From positions 5,599-69,598 of the forward strand of contig CAVWBU010000036.1 in NCBI GenBank assembly GCA_963753345.1: a stretch of 64,000 nt of DNA, given 5' to 3'. This stretch comes from an uncultured Fibrobacterota bacterium. GTDB taxonomy: Bacteria; Fibrobacterota; Chitinivibrionia; Chitinivibrionales; FEN-1185. The position numbers were made by a program, and so were the translations under genes. Positions 41,677-51,331 of the stretch are shown in pieces; the first letter of the stretch is position 1; each line of letters begins with the position of its first letter. The notes under the pieces are model-generated. The model was not told the DNA's origin and ran no database searches. It was given only the letters and a program-made list of their open reading frames with translations.

Positions 41677-43158
41677 ATGATCCGGGAATTTCGTGAACGT
41701 CTGAGATCGGACTGGCCGGTTGTCGGTGTGACTGCTGCGATTCTGCTTCTCCTTCTCCTTCTTCCCCTTTTCTTTGGGGGACTGAGGGAAGATGGATACT
41801 GCACGTACAGGATAATGTGGCTCAATTACCTCGGGCACCGGTTCAAGCTGCCCCTGGAAACCCCCAAGCCGCTGTACGCTCTGTTGTGCGGCGTCGTGGG
41901 CCATGGCGCGCTGTATCCCGTGACGTGCACGCTGTGCGCCGGCATATGCGCGCTGCTGATGAAAATGGCGCAAAGGCTCGGGGCGAGCGCATGGCAGGGA
42001 CTTGTCGCGTTCTGCCTGTTCCTTGTCGGCAACGCCATGGTCCTGCCGGAGTTTGTGATGGCGTCATACTACACGATACCCTATTTATTCCTCACGCTGG
42101 CGGCGGTATATGCTTTTGTAAGTAAACGCCCCCTCCCGGCGATGTTCTTTCTGCTGGGCGCGGGACTCCTCAGGCCCGAGGCGTGGCTGTTTGCGCCGGT
42201 GTTTATCCTTGCATCGGTATTCAGGAAAGAACGGGGGTTTTCCTGGTGGCTTCTGGCCTCTTTGACCGCCCCCCTCATATGGGTTCTGTTCGACGAAAGA
42301 ATATCCGGAAGCCCCACTTACTCCCAGGATCTCACGGACTACTATGTGAAAACCCTGGGAATCATGCCTGTTTCGTTCGGCCAATTCTGGGGAGAGGCGG
42401 CCCGCGCCACGGCATCGACCTTTTTCCCGCCGACGCATCTGTTCGGGCTCGCGGCGCTGGTCTATGTGGCGGCCAGGACGCGGAGGCACGAGCACCTTGT
42501 GATGGCAATCCTCGCGGTGGTGCCGTTTATGTTTCTCTGGCTCCTTTCCGCCGGTCATCCCGTGCTGGTTCAGACCAGATTTTTTGCTTTCCCGATGCTC
42601 GTATGCTGTTTCTACGCAGCGCTTGTCATGAGGGAATTCTCAAAGAACAGGTGGATTCTTGTTCTGCTCTCCGCGGCACTCCTCTGCGGTTCGTTTCAAT
42701 TCGGCATGCTGTCCGACACGGCGCGGCGGATACGGAATGACGGTGCGATAGAAGAGGCGCGAAAAGACCTTGTGGAATCCGTTAGAACCATGGAGAGCAA
42801 TGCCGACGTTATCCTGTGCGGCCGCTCGGCCAGCTATTTTGCCTATCACCTCGGGGAGAGAGCGTCGCGCAAGCTGTTCATGTTCAGGGAGGCGGAAGCA
42901 AGAACGGATTTTGAAAAGAACTTTTCAAACGGGGTGGCTGTTTACATTCAGGACGATATGGCGGGCCTGGACAATGCCTTCAAGTTTCTTTCCGCACCGC
43001 GAATATACGAGGTGAACGGCTACCGTTTCTCGCCAGTGAAGGTGACGACGCGCGGCAACGGGATCGTGTATGCCGTTGAGAGGCTGCCCCGGCGGCTCAT
43101 CCCGCCGCAGGGCCTTGGCGCGGCGCCCCCGGCCGACAAAGCAGGCGGCAACCGGTGA
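41677..43158 (+). CDS. Polytopic membrane protein, GT-C glycosyltransferase-like
   Basis: About 10 TMs; EDGY, TPKPL, LLRPEAWL, QTRFF motifs. Confidence 0.6.
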   Translation: MIREFRERLRSDWPVVGVTAAILLLLLLLPLFFGGLREDGYCTYRIMWLNYLGHRFKLPLETPKPLYALLCGVVGHGALYPVTCTLCAGICALLMKMAQRLGASAWQGLVAFCLFLVGNAMVLPEFVMASYYTIPYLFLTLAAVYAFVSKRPLPAMFFLLGAGLLRPEAWLFAPVFILASVFRKERGFSWWLLASLTAPLIWVLFDERISGSPTYSQDLTDYYVKTLGIMPVSFGQFWGEAARATASTFFPPTHLFGLAALVYVAARTRRHEHLVMAILAVVPFMFLWLLSAGHPVLVQTRFFAFPMLVCCFYAALVMREFSKNRWILVLLSAALLCGSFQFGMLSDTARRIRNDGAIEEARKDLVESVRTMESNADVILCGRSASYFAYHLGERASRKLFMFREAEARTDFEKNFSNGVAVYIQDDMAGLDNAFKFLSAPRIYEVNGYRFSPVKVTTRGNGIVYAVERLPRRLIPPQGLGAAPPADKAGGNR

Positions 43159-43316
43159 AGCTCCCCGAGCTGCCGCAAGGAGTTTTCCAGCAGAAAACGT
43201 TTTCTTGCGGACAGCCTTGCCAAGGTGCCTCTTTTGTCTTATATTGTAGAGTGATCATTGGAGATTTGATCGGTGCCGGGACAGGTGCGCAAAAACAACC
43301 TTTTTTAGGGGGTATC

Positions 43317-45107
43317 ATGAAAAGACAGTTGTTCATTGGTGCAACGGCATTGATGGCGTTCCTTATTGTTGAGGCCAATGCAGGTTTGGTGGCGTACTGG
43401 GATTTCAACGAGGGGAGCGGAGCCTTATTGCATGATAAAAGCGGACATGGCAACGATGGGACAATTTACGGCGCATCGTGGGCCTCGGGATTGACAGGCT
43501 CGTCACTCTATTTCAACGGAACAACCAACTACGTCGTACTGCCTAATCCGCTCCCCTTCGAGCTCCCGCGTTTTACCATCGCATGCTGGATAAAGCCGCA
43601 AGACCCATATGTCGCGCAGTCAAGGGCCTTCTTCAGTAACTTGGAGGCGGTGTCCGGCGTGTCCAATGGCGTTTGCATTGAGCTCGATATCAGACATTAT
43701 CTTCACTTCGTCGTTGCCAGGGCCGATAACCAGGATTACTGGTTGGAAATTAATGCAACAGTTAGCATCTCCGATAGTTCCTACCATTTTGCCGCCTGTA
43801 GCTATGACGGGGCGAGTCTCAAACTGTTTTTCGACGGCGTATTTGTTGCACAGGCACCATACAGCGGCGGCATCAGGTATAGCAATGTGATGCCCTATAT
43901 CGGCGCTTCACCAAATGATATAAACCATCTAGGCTATTATAAGGGAAATATCGACGAAATGCGAGTGTATGACCAAGCGCTTTCCCTTTCGGAGTTGCTT
44001 GCTCTCTACAACAACAGGGGGCAAAGCGCCCTGGCGGAGTTCCTTATTCCGGTCCCGTCGCCCACCTATGACCGCCGTCCGGTCTTTTTCTGGCATCCCG
44101 TGAAAGGCGCAGGCGGATACAACATCCAGATTGACACCACCAGAAACTTCACCAATCCAATTATAAGCGTGGCTACAGCGGACACCTCTTTCAGGCCGGG
44201 TGCGGACCTTCCTATTGACACCATTTTTTGGCGGGTCATGGCAGGCGTCAATGACACACTCACCTATTTCTCGGACATCGGCTCCTTCCTCATACAGAAT
44301 CCGAAGGTGCCGCTTCTCATCCCGTACGAGCCCAAGGTAACCCTGGAGCGGAAGCCCCTCTTACGGTGGCATCCGGTTGCGGGGGCTTCTTCGTACACGC
44401 TCGAGATCGGCAATGATGTCGCCTTTATCAATAATTCTTACATCATTCCTCTCAGCGACACTCAGTATTCGCCAACGGTCAACCTTCCCTTTGGCGAAAC
44501 GTACTGGCGTGTGCAATCAAGTCTTGCGCCTGCGTGGTCTGCCTTCGACATGTTCCAGATCGTTCCGGATTCGATACCCTTCCTGATCCGCTACAACGGG
44601 GCCGTGGTTTCGGCAGCGAAACCGTTGTTCGCGTGGCACCCGGTGGTCGGCGCCGCTTCATATACGGTTGAATTCGCCGGCAACGCTTCGTTTACAGGAG
44701 GATATGTCGTGCCTCTCACTGACACGTCTTTCGCGCCTTTGGTTGCTCTATCGAATGGCACGTGGTTTTGGAGGGTAAGCTCAAGCAGGAACCCTGCGTT
44801 GTTTTGCGCCCCGGACAGCCTTGTGATCGCATCGGTGCTGGCGAGGACCGAACGCAGATCAGCGGCCGTACCGTTTGCCGTGCGGTCCTTTAAAAGCCGT
44901 TTCGAGATAACGGCCGACTTCTCCACAAATGCGAACGTGAAAATCACTCTGTTTACGGCGGGTGGAAAGAAGGTTCTGGAGCGTTGCGTGACCGCCTGCG
45001 GTACAACGGTTTCAATCGACGCAGTAGAAGTCCCGACCGGCATTTACCTGATGGAATTAGTGGCAGGGGAGAAGTGCATCAGGCAGAAGGTGATGGTGGC
45101 ACGGTAG
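43317..45107 (+). CDS. Secreted LamG (concanavalin A-like) protein with three Ig/Fn3-like repeats and T9SS-like CTD
   Basis: GLVAYWDFNEG, FTIACWIK, YKGNIDEMRVY; three WHPVxGA...WRV repeats; GIYLMEL...KVMVAR. Confidence 0.85.
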   Translation: MKRQLFIGATALMAFLIVEANAGLVAYWDFNEGSGALLHDKSGHGNDGTIYGASWASGLTGSSLYFNGTTNYVVLPNPLPFELPRFTIACWIKPQDPYVAQSRAFFSNLEAVSGVSNGVCIELDIRHYLHFVVARADNQDYWLEINATVSISDSSYHFAACSYDGASLKLFFDGVFVAQAPYSGGIRYSNVMPYIGASPNDINHLGYYKGNIDEMRVYDQALSLSELLALYNNRGQSALAEFLIPVPSPTYDRRPVFFWHPVKGAGGYNIQIDTTRNFTNPIISVATADTSFRPGADLPIDTIFWRVMAGVNDTLTYFSDIGSFLIQNPKVPLLIPYEPKVTLERKPLLRWHPVAGASSYTLEIGNDVAFINNSYIIPLSDTQYSPTVNLPFGETYWRVQSSLAPAWSAFDMFQIVPDSIPFLIRYNGAVVSAAKPLFAWHPVVGAASYTVEFAGNASFTGGYVVPLTDTSFAPLVALSNGTWFWRVSSSRNPALFCAPDSLVIASVLARTERRSAAVPFAVRSFKSRFEITADFSTNANVKITLFTAGGKKVLERCVTACGTTVSIDAVEVPTGIYLMELVAGEKCIRQKVMVAR

Positions 45108-45357
45108 GCCGCGGCGTTTGAGTACGACTGGGGACTGCTCGATTGCCCCTCTTGCCGGAGAGTGCCGAACTCCGATCGTGTGCCACGTTCCGGGCGATCC
45201 GTATCCCGCCGAAGATGGATCAATAGAAAATGCTTGGAGAATGGGACTTTCGCAACGGTATTGATTCTCTTTTGCAAGTCACTTTCTGCGCCGCAGTTGC
45301 CGTATTCCAACGGCGCTTTGGCTTTTTCTGCCGATTCGTGCACCCGGGAATCCGCAA

Positions 45358-45388
45358 ACCAAAACGTAACTTCCACACACCAAAACGT
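45358..45388 (+). promoter_or_regulatory. Tandem direct repeat, candidate activator-binding sites
   Basis: accaaaacgt at 45358-45367 and 45379-45388 (21-bp period). Confidence 0.45.
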
Positions 45389-45452
45389 CACAGAGAGGGA
45401 CGACGGGTGATAGGTCGTCTGTTTTCACATGGCCAATCGAACATTCTCCCTC

Positions 45453-45467
45453 TGGCATAGGCTTTGC
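45453..45467 (+). promoter_or_regulatory. Putative sigma54 (-24/-12) promoter
   Basis: TGGCAT-aggct-TTGC with correct GG/GC spacing, about 90 nt before ATG 45558. Confidence 0.55.
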
Positions 45468-45557
45468 GGTTACAAGGACATTCATGACCCGTGCATGGAA
45501 CACGGAAACGGTCTATTTGCAAATTCACCAAATCCCTTTCTTCACGGAGGAACTGCT

Positions 45558-46271
45558 ATGCGCAAGCGAATGGCTGGTTTATTCGTCTGTCTGATCGTCT
45601 GCTTTGTTGTGGCGCAGGATCAAGATTCTCCGCGTTTCGGCATTAATGTGACGACCAACACCTTGTCACTGAGTAATACCGACTATGGAGCAAAGGGATT
45701 GCGGAACACCGGAATGCTCGGCGGAAGATACTTTGTCATTCCGTCACTTGCCGTCGACGCCGCCGTCGGATTCGGTTTCAGCACCTCGACCAACGCCGAT
45801 ACCGCGGCGCTCACACCCAAAGACCCCGGCATTACGGAAGTGAGCGGGCAGGTGGGCGTGTTGTGGAAGTTGACACCTGGATCCTGGAAATCATATCTGG
45901 GGGTGGTCGTCGACGGCGGCGTTGCCTACCAAAAATGGTATGATGCCATAACACTCAAAGATACGACGAGAGTAATGCCCGCCCCTCCGGCAAAGAATTA
46001 TGTGTCCTATACTCTGGTCGAACCCTATTCCGTTGTCATCCCGTTTATTTTTGCAGGCATCGAGCCGGGATTCGCATTCGACAATCATTTCTCGCTTTTC
46101 GCAAGTTTCGGCATAAACGCGATTTTCTACCCCGATTCCAAGGCAATCGATCAACGTTCGGTCAGTACGAATACCACCTATATAACCTCGCTTCCCCTTA
46201 TCGAACGTAAAGACGCCAGTATCGAACTGTCGGTCTCCTCGGTCGGCCTCGGGGTCCGCTTTCTTTTTTAG
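45558..46271 (+). CDS. Outer-membrane beta-barrel protein
   Basis: GGAGG RBS; signal peptide; alternating beta-strands; C-terminal GLGVRFLF. Confidence 0.75.
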   Translation: MRKRMAGLFVCLIVCFVVAQDQDSPRFGINVTTNTLSLSNTDYGAKGLRNTGMLGGRYFVIPSLAVDAAVGFGFSTSTNADTAALTPKDPGITEVSGQVGVLWKLTPGSWKSYLGVVVDGGVAYQKWYDAITLKDTTRVMPAPPAKNYVSYTLVEPYSVVIPFIFAGIEPGFAFDNHFSLFASFGINAIFYPDSKAIDQRSVSTNTTYITSLPLIERKDASIELSVSSVGLGVRFLF

Positions 46272-46285
46272 CCGCCGTTATAACC

Positions 46286-46312
46286 GCCCTTTCCGGCATT
46301 GCCGGAAAGGGC
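46286..46312. terminator. Hairpin between convergent genes
   Basis: gccctttccggca-t-tgccggaaagggc. Confidence 0.65.
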
Positions 46313-46342
46313 CCCGATATTCCGTGCCGGCTGATAGTTCCC

Positions 46343-47500
46343 TTACCCTTCCAGCGTTATCCTCGCCCTTCCCTCGCGCTTTGACCGGTAGAGCGCCTCG
46401 TCGGTCCGCTTCACGATGCTCTTTTCGTCTTCGCCCGCCATTGCCTCCGCGATGCCGATGGAAAGGCTCACCCTTCCGAATTTGAACGCGCCGAACTGCT
46501 TGGAGATACGCTCCGCCGCGACTTTTGCCTGGTTCTTGTCGGTGTCGGGAAGAATGACGGCGAACTCGTCGCCGCCGTAACGGAAGCCGGCGTCGACGTC
46601 TTTACGGATGCATACCTTGATTACCTGGCCGAGCGACCTGAGCACCTGGTCTCCCACCTGGTGGCCTTCGGTGTCGTTGAGCTCTTTGAAGTGATCGATG
46701 TCGATGAGCATGATCGACAGCTTGCGCTGCGGGTTGCGCTTGAGCCGGGAGAGCTCGCGCACGATCTGGTCGTAGAAATGCCGCACGTTGAACAGTTCGG
46801 TGAGGCTGTCGGTGATGGCAAGCTTCGACAGCAGCTCGTTCTTCTTGACAAGCTCGTTTTCGAGCTTCTTCTTCTCCGTGATGTCCTTGGCCGTCACCAC
46901 GAGGCCGATGATCTGCTCGGCGTCGTTTTTCATCTCAGAAATGCTCAGGTTGAGAAGGATGATTTCACCCTGTTTGGTTTTCATGGGGATTTCTTCGTTC
47001 ACCGATTTTCCGGAAAGAATGACCGCATTGAGGATCTTGCGCTCGTCGGCTTCATTGACAAAAAGTTGCTTGAGCGGCACGCCTACGATCTCCTCCTGAA
47101 TGTAGCCGAAGTGCATTTCCGAGCCTTTGTTGAATTTGAGGATGAAGGCGTCGACGTCGGTGGTGAAGATGATGTCGGTCGAATCGTCCAGGATGCTCTG
47201 GAGATAGTTCGATTTCGCAAGGGTCCTTCGCATCGTAAGCTGGGTCTTCTCCATTCTCTTGACAAATTCCCTGATGTACTTGAAGAAGCCGAAGAGGAGG
47301 CCGCCAAGGAGTGAGGCGGCGAGCAACGAAACGAATGCGGCCCAGATCCATTGCGGGGACTTAAACAGCCCCAGAAACACCGCGAATACGAGAATCACCG
47401 CAAAGCACAATGCTCCCGCAGCGACAATCGTTTTTTGCGGTATACCGCTGTAGTTGTTGTAATTTGGAAGAAACGGCTTTATCAGGTTCACGTTGTTCAT
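46343..47500 (-). CDS. Membrane PAS-GGDEF diguanylate cyclase
   Basis: Two TMs, PAS, TDSLTELFN, DIDHFKELND, RYGGDEF. Confidence 0.93.
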   Translation of the reverse strand: MNNVNLIKPFLPNYNNYSGIPQKTIVAAGALCFAVILVFAVFLGLFKSPQWIWAAFVSLLAASLLGGLLFGFFKYIREFVKRMEKTQLTMRRTLAKSNYLQSILDDSTDIIFTTDVDAFILKFNKGSEMHFGYIQEEIVGVPLKQLFVNEADERKILNAVILSGKSVNEEIPMKTKQGEIILLNLSISEMKNDAEQIIGLVVTAKDITEKKKLENELVKKNELLSKLAITDSLTELFNVRHFYDQIVRELSRLKRNPQRKLSIMLIDIDHFKELNDTEGHQVGDQVLRSLGQVIKVCIRKDVDAGFRYGGDEFAVILPDTDKNQAKVAAERISKQFGAFKFGRVSLSIGIAEAMAGEDEKSIVKRTDEALYRSKREGRARITLEG

Positions 47501-47747
47501 TCACCTGATGAAATGTATCGTGAAGCGCAACCGCACTTTACAGCTTGCGCATCAACCGTTGAAAAAGGAATCATCTCATCTTATTCTACACTAATTTGTT
47601 AAATAATAGAAGCAAAAAATGAGACGCTTGGTTTTTCGGTTTGTTTAAGCGCTTATTGATGATTACGAACCATGCTCTTTTTTCTTGTACGAAATGGACA
47701 AGCATATAGTATTTATGTCCAGGTTTGAGCAACAAGTAAGGTAAATC

Positions 47748-48128
47748 ATGCTCGGCAGAATAGACAAGACAAAAGGTCAGATGGAGGCCGAAATAAGCGA
47801 CGCCGTCACCCGGTTCGAAAAAGAATTCATGGGACGGGGCCCGCTGGAGACGAGGACCTACATCATAGACGACATGGTGATCGTCCGGCTCAAGGGCGTG
47901 CTTACCAGAGCGGAATACCGCCTTGTGAAGTCGGAGCGCAACTCCAAGGCCCGCGACCTTGTCAAGCAGGTGCGCATTGAGCTGCTCGAAAACGGCAGGC
48001 CGCTGCTCGAGGACATCATCAGGGACGTGCTCAAGCGCAAGGTCAAGAGCATGCACACCGATATCAGTACCATGAGCGGGGAGCGGATCATTATCTTCAC
48101 CCTCGACAGGGCCGCTCTGGAAGACTGA
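47748..48128 (+). CDS. DUF2294 / MpsC-family protein
   Basis: TKGQMEAEIS...EKEFMGRGP...DMVIVRLKGVLT.AE...HTDIST.SGE.IIIF. Confidence 0.88.
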   Translation: MLGRIDKTKGQMEAEISDAVTRFEKEFMGRGPLETRTYIIDDMVIVRLKGVLTRAEYRLVKSERNSKARDLVKQVRIELLENGRPLLEDIIRDVLKRKVKSMHTDISTMSGERIIIFTLDRAALED

Positions 48129-48174
48129 TTCCGCATATCGCAGAGTTTTCTTTGTCGCGCCCGGCAACCGTGAG

Positions 48175-48190
48175 TGTGACATTTTTCACC
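48175..48190. promoter_or_regulatory. CRP/FNR- or Rex-like palindrome
   Basis: TGTGA-catttt-TCACC (9/10 match to TGTGA-N6-TCACA). Confidence 0.35.
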
Positions 48191-48235
48191 GGCGTGCAAT
48201 TGCGTCTAAGTTTTTTCTTGCCGTTTTCCCGGGGC

Positions 48236-48244
48236 TGTTATAAT
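48236..48244 (+). promoter_or_regulatory. Extended -10 promoter for the pckG leader
   Basis: TGtTATAAT. Confidence 0.65.
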
Positions 48245-48250
48245 TTTTTA

Positions 48251-48430
48251 GTGCCGTACGGAAGCCGCGTGCAGGCGACCTGCTTGGTCGCGGGCGCTTG
48301 CGGATGCCGGAACGGACGCGGCCGGTTTGCAACCGGCCCGGTATCAAGCCCGGTTGACTCTTGCTCAAGGGGCAGTCCGGGGGTGAGGGCCAAGGAAATG
48401 CCGAAGGGTATTTCTCTGGTCTTTTTTTTT
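48251..48430 (+). ncRNA. Putative cis-regulatory leader RNA (riboswitch/attenuator) upstream of PEPCK
   Basis: Stems 48275-48291, 48296-48349 and 48349-48381, then a terminator. cttggtc (48283-48289) is complementary to terminator 5' arm ggccaag (48388-48394). Confidence 0.65.
48386..48430 (+). terminator. Intrinsic terminator within the 5' leader of pckG
   Basis: agggccaaggaaatgcc-gaag-ggtatttctctggtc followed by T9, about 100 nt upstream of the start codon. Confidence 0.8.
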
Positions 48431-48533
48431 ACCAGGATATCCGGGATTAAAACCGATTATCAGGATAACAGGGCAACAGACGGCATCACCGCAGGAATTG
48501 CGGTGGCTTCCTGACAAGAAAGAAAGGAATACC

Positions 48534-50342
48534 ATGGATGTGAAGGCGACCGCTTCCAACAAGAAACTCGAGCAGTGGGTAAAAGACATTGCCGGCATGT
48601 GTCAACCTGACGGCGTTCACTGGTGCGACGGCTCGCAGGAGGAATACGACGGCCTGTGCGCCCGGATGGTTTCGTCGGGCATGGCCACGCAGCTCAATCC
48701 GGCAAAGAAGCCGGGGTGTTTTCTGTTCCGCAGCCACCCGTCCGACGTGGCGCGCGTCGAAGACCGTACCTACGTGGCGCCGCATTCAAAGGATGATGCC
48801 GGTCCCACAAACAACTGGATGGATCCCGACGCGCTCAAGAAGAAAATGACCGGTTTGTACACAGGCTGCATGAAGGGCCGCACCATGTATGTCATTCCTT
48901 TTTCCATGGGGCCAATCGGCTCGCCGATATCGAAAATCGGCGTGGAAATCACGGATTCGCCCTACGTTGTGGTGAACATGAGGATTATGACCCGCATGGG
49001 AAAAAGAGTGCTTGACGCGCTCGGCGCGGACGGAGAGTTCGTTCCATGCCTTCATTCGGTGGGAGCGCCGCTTGCCAAAGGACAAAAGGATTCCGCATGG
49101 CCCTGCGCGCCCGATATCGCCAACAAATACATAAGCCATTTTCCCGAGGAGCGGACCATCTGGTCGTACGGGTCGGGCTACGGCGGCAACGCGCTTCTGG
49201 GCAAGAAATGTTTCGCGCTGCGCATTGCGTCGGTGCAGGCGCGCGATGAAGGGTGGCTGGCCGAGCACATGCTTATTCTGGGCATAACCAATCCTCAGGG
49301 AAAAAAGAAGTACTTTGCGGCAGCTTTTCCAAGCGCCTGCGGCAAGACCAACCTTGCCATGATGATTCCCACGATTCCCGGCTGGAAAGTGGAAACCGTC
49401 GGCGACGACATCGCCTGGATGAAGTTCGGCCCGGACGGAAGGCTGCACGCCATCAACCCTGAATCGGGTTTTTTCGGCGTGGTGCCGGGAACCTCCATGG
49501 ATTCGAACGCCAATGCCATGCTTTCCATTGAGAAGAACACGATTTATACCAATGTAGTGCTCACTCAGGACAAAGATGTCTGGTGGGAAGGAATAGGGTT
49601 CGATCCTCCTGCGGGAAAAAACATCGACTGGACCGGACAGGAATGGGACATGACCATGCGCCGGACAGGCGCGCATCCGAATGCGCGGTTCACGGCCCCG
49701 GCCGCGCAATGCCCGGTCATTGATCCGGCATGGGAGGATCCGCAGGGAGTTCCGATAAGCGCGATCCTTGTCGGCGGCCGCAGGCCGACAACAATACCGC
49801 TTGTGCATCAGGCTTTTTCGTGGAACCACGGCGTTTTTCTCGGATCGATTGTCGGCTCTGAAACCACCACGGCAAACATCGGTGCGGTCGGCGTGGTCCG
49901 GCGCGACCCGTTTGCCATGCTTCCGTTCTGCGGATACCACATGGGCGACTATCTGGCGCATTGGATTGAAATCGGCAAGAAGACCGCGGCCGACAAACTG
50001 CCCAAGATTTTTTATGTGAACTGGTTCAGAAAAAGCGACGACGGCAAGTGGCTGTGGCCCGGCTACGGCGAAAACAGCCGGGTGCTCAAATGGATATTCG
50101 AGCGCACCGACGGCGCGACCAATGCCGTTGAATCTCCAATCGGCTACCTGCCCGCTCAAGGCGCCATAGACACCAGCGGTCTGCCGGTTGCGGCCTCGGA
50201 CATGAAGGAGCTGTTCAGGGTGGACGCAGCGGAGTGGAAGAAGGAACTGGAGGGGATCAAGGACCATTACAGGAAATTCGGATCAAGGCTGCCTGCGGCT
50301 CTTTCCGGCGAGCTTGCGGCTCTTGAGAAGCGGCTGGGATGA
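48534..50342 (+). CDS. pckG: Phosphoenolpyruvate carboxykinase (GTP)
   Basis: [64 protein letters not shown]. Confidence 0.98.
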   Translation: MDVKATASNKKLEQWVKDIAGMCQPDGVHWCDGSQEEYDGLCARMVSSGMATQLNPAKKPGCFLFRSHPSDVARVEDRTYVAPHSKDDAGPTNNWMDPDALKKKMTGLYTGCMKGRTMYVIPFSMGPIGSPISKIGVEITDSPYVVVNMRIMTRMGKRVLDALGADGEFVPCLHSVGAPLAKGQKDSAWPCAPDIANKYISHFPEERTIWSYGSGYGGNALLGKKCFALRIASVQARDEGWLAEHMLILGITNPQGKKKYFAAAFPSACGKTNLAMMIPTIPGWKVETVGDDIAWMKFGPDGRLHAINPESGFFGVVPGTSMDSNANAMLSIEKNTIYTNVVLTQDKDVWWEGIGFDPPAGKNIDWTGQEWDMTMRRTGAHPNARFTAPAAQCPVIDPAWEDPQGVPISAILVGGRRPTTIPLVHQAFSWNHGVFLGSIVGSETTTANIGAVGVVRRDPFAMLPFCGYHMGDYLAHWIEIGKKTAADKLPKIFYVNWFRKSDDGKWLWPGYGENSRVLKWIFERTDGATNAVESPIGYLPAQGAIDTSGLPVAASDMKELFRVDAAEWKKELEGIKDHYRKFGSRLPAALSGELAALEKRLG

Positions 50343-50470
50343 CGGGCTACGATTGTTCACCAGGCTAGGGGTTTATTATATATTAATGAACCAGGCCACA
50401 ATCGCCCTTCCGGCTTGGCCAAAACCATAAAGAAACATCGCACTGCGACCACAACAGAAGGACATGAGCC

Positions 50471-51307
50471 GTGCCTTGGTTTATCAAGTCTAAGACTGCG
50501 GAAAAGCAGACCAAACCGGTCAAGGACGACATCTGGGTCAAGTGCGATTCCTGCAGCGCTCATGTTTTTAAGGAAGACTGGTACAATTCCCTCAATGTCT
50601 GTCCCAAATGCGGATTTCACGGCAAGCTCACGGCGTATGAGCGCATCGGGCAGATCCTCGACATTGAGACGTTCAAAGAAATGTTCGCCTCAATAACTCC
50701 GTCCGACCCACTCTCCTTTGTGTATGCCAAGGGCAGTTACAAAGACAAGGTGAAAGAAACCCGCGATAAAACCGGGCTCAATGAATCGGTCGTGTGCGGC
50801 ACGGGAGAAATCCATGAAATTCCCGTTTCGATAGCCGTAATGGATTTCCGGTTTTTCGGCGGCAGTCTGGGCAGCGGTACCGGAGAAAAGATCCTGCTTG
50901 CCTCAAACTACGCATACGAGCACAAAATCCCGTACATCATTTTTTCCGCCTCAGGCGGCGCGCGCATGCACGAAGGGATCCTTTCGCTCATGCAGATGGC
51001 CAAAACATGCGCCGGCATTGCACGGCTTCGCGAAAAGAAAATCCCCTACATTTCGGTCCTTACGGATCCGACGACGGGTGGCGTCGTTGCTAGTTATGCC
51101 ATGGTAGGCGACATCAACATCGCGGAACCAGGTGCGCTGGTCGGCTTTGCCGGCAGGCGCGTGATAGAGCAAACCATAAAGCAGAAACTGCCCGAAAATT
51201 TTCAGACCTCAGAGTACTTTCTTGAGCATGGCTTCATCGACCTTATCGTTGAGCGCAAGAATCTTAAAGAAACCTTGAAAAACGTTCTCCTCTACTACAC
51301 CCGGTAA
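50471..51307 (+). CDS. accD: Acetyl-CoA carboxylase carboxyltransferase beta
   Basis: WVKCDSC...CPKC zinc finger, GGSLGS, SGGARMHEG, PTTGGV, GFAGRRVI. Confidence 0.96.
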   Translation: MPWFIKSKTAEKQTKPVKDDIWVKCDSCSAHVFKEDWYNSLNVCPKCGFHGKLTAYERIGQILDIETFKEMFASITPSDPLSFVYAKGSYKDKVKETRDKTGLNESVVCGTGEIHEIPVSIAVMDFRFFGGSLGSGTGEKILLASNYAYEHKIPYIIFSASGGARMHEGILSLMQMAKTCAGIARLREKKIPYISVLTDPTTGGVVASYAMVGDINIAEPGALVGFAGRRVIEQTIKQKLPENFQTSEYFLEHGFIDLIVERKNLKETLKNVLLYYTR

Positions 51308-51331
51308 AAGGTCCCAGCGGGGCAAATTCAT

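Noticed and set aside
48190-48203. Possible sigma54 promoter (GGCGTgcaaTTGC)
   Set aside because: GG-to-GC spacing is 11 rather than the required 12.
48470-48490. ANTAR-like motif (gggcaacagacggc)
   Set aside because: No dual hexaloop hairpin, and it lies downstream of the terminator.
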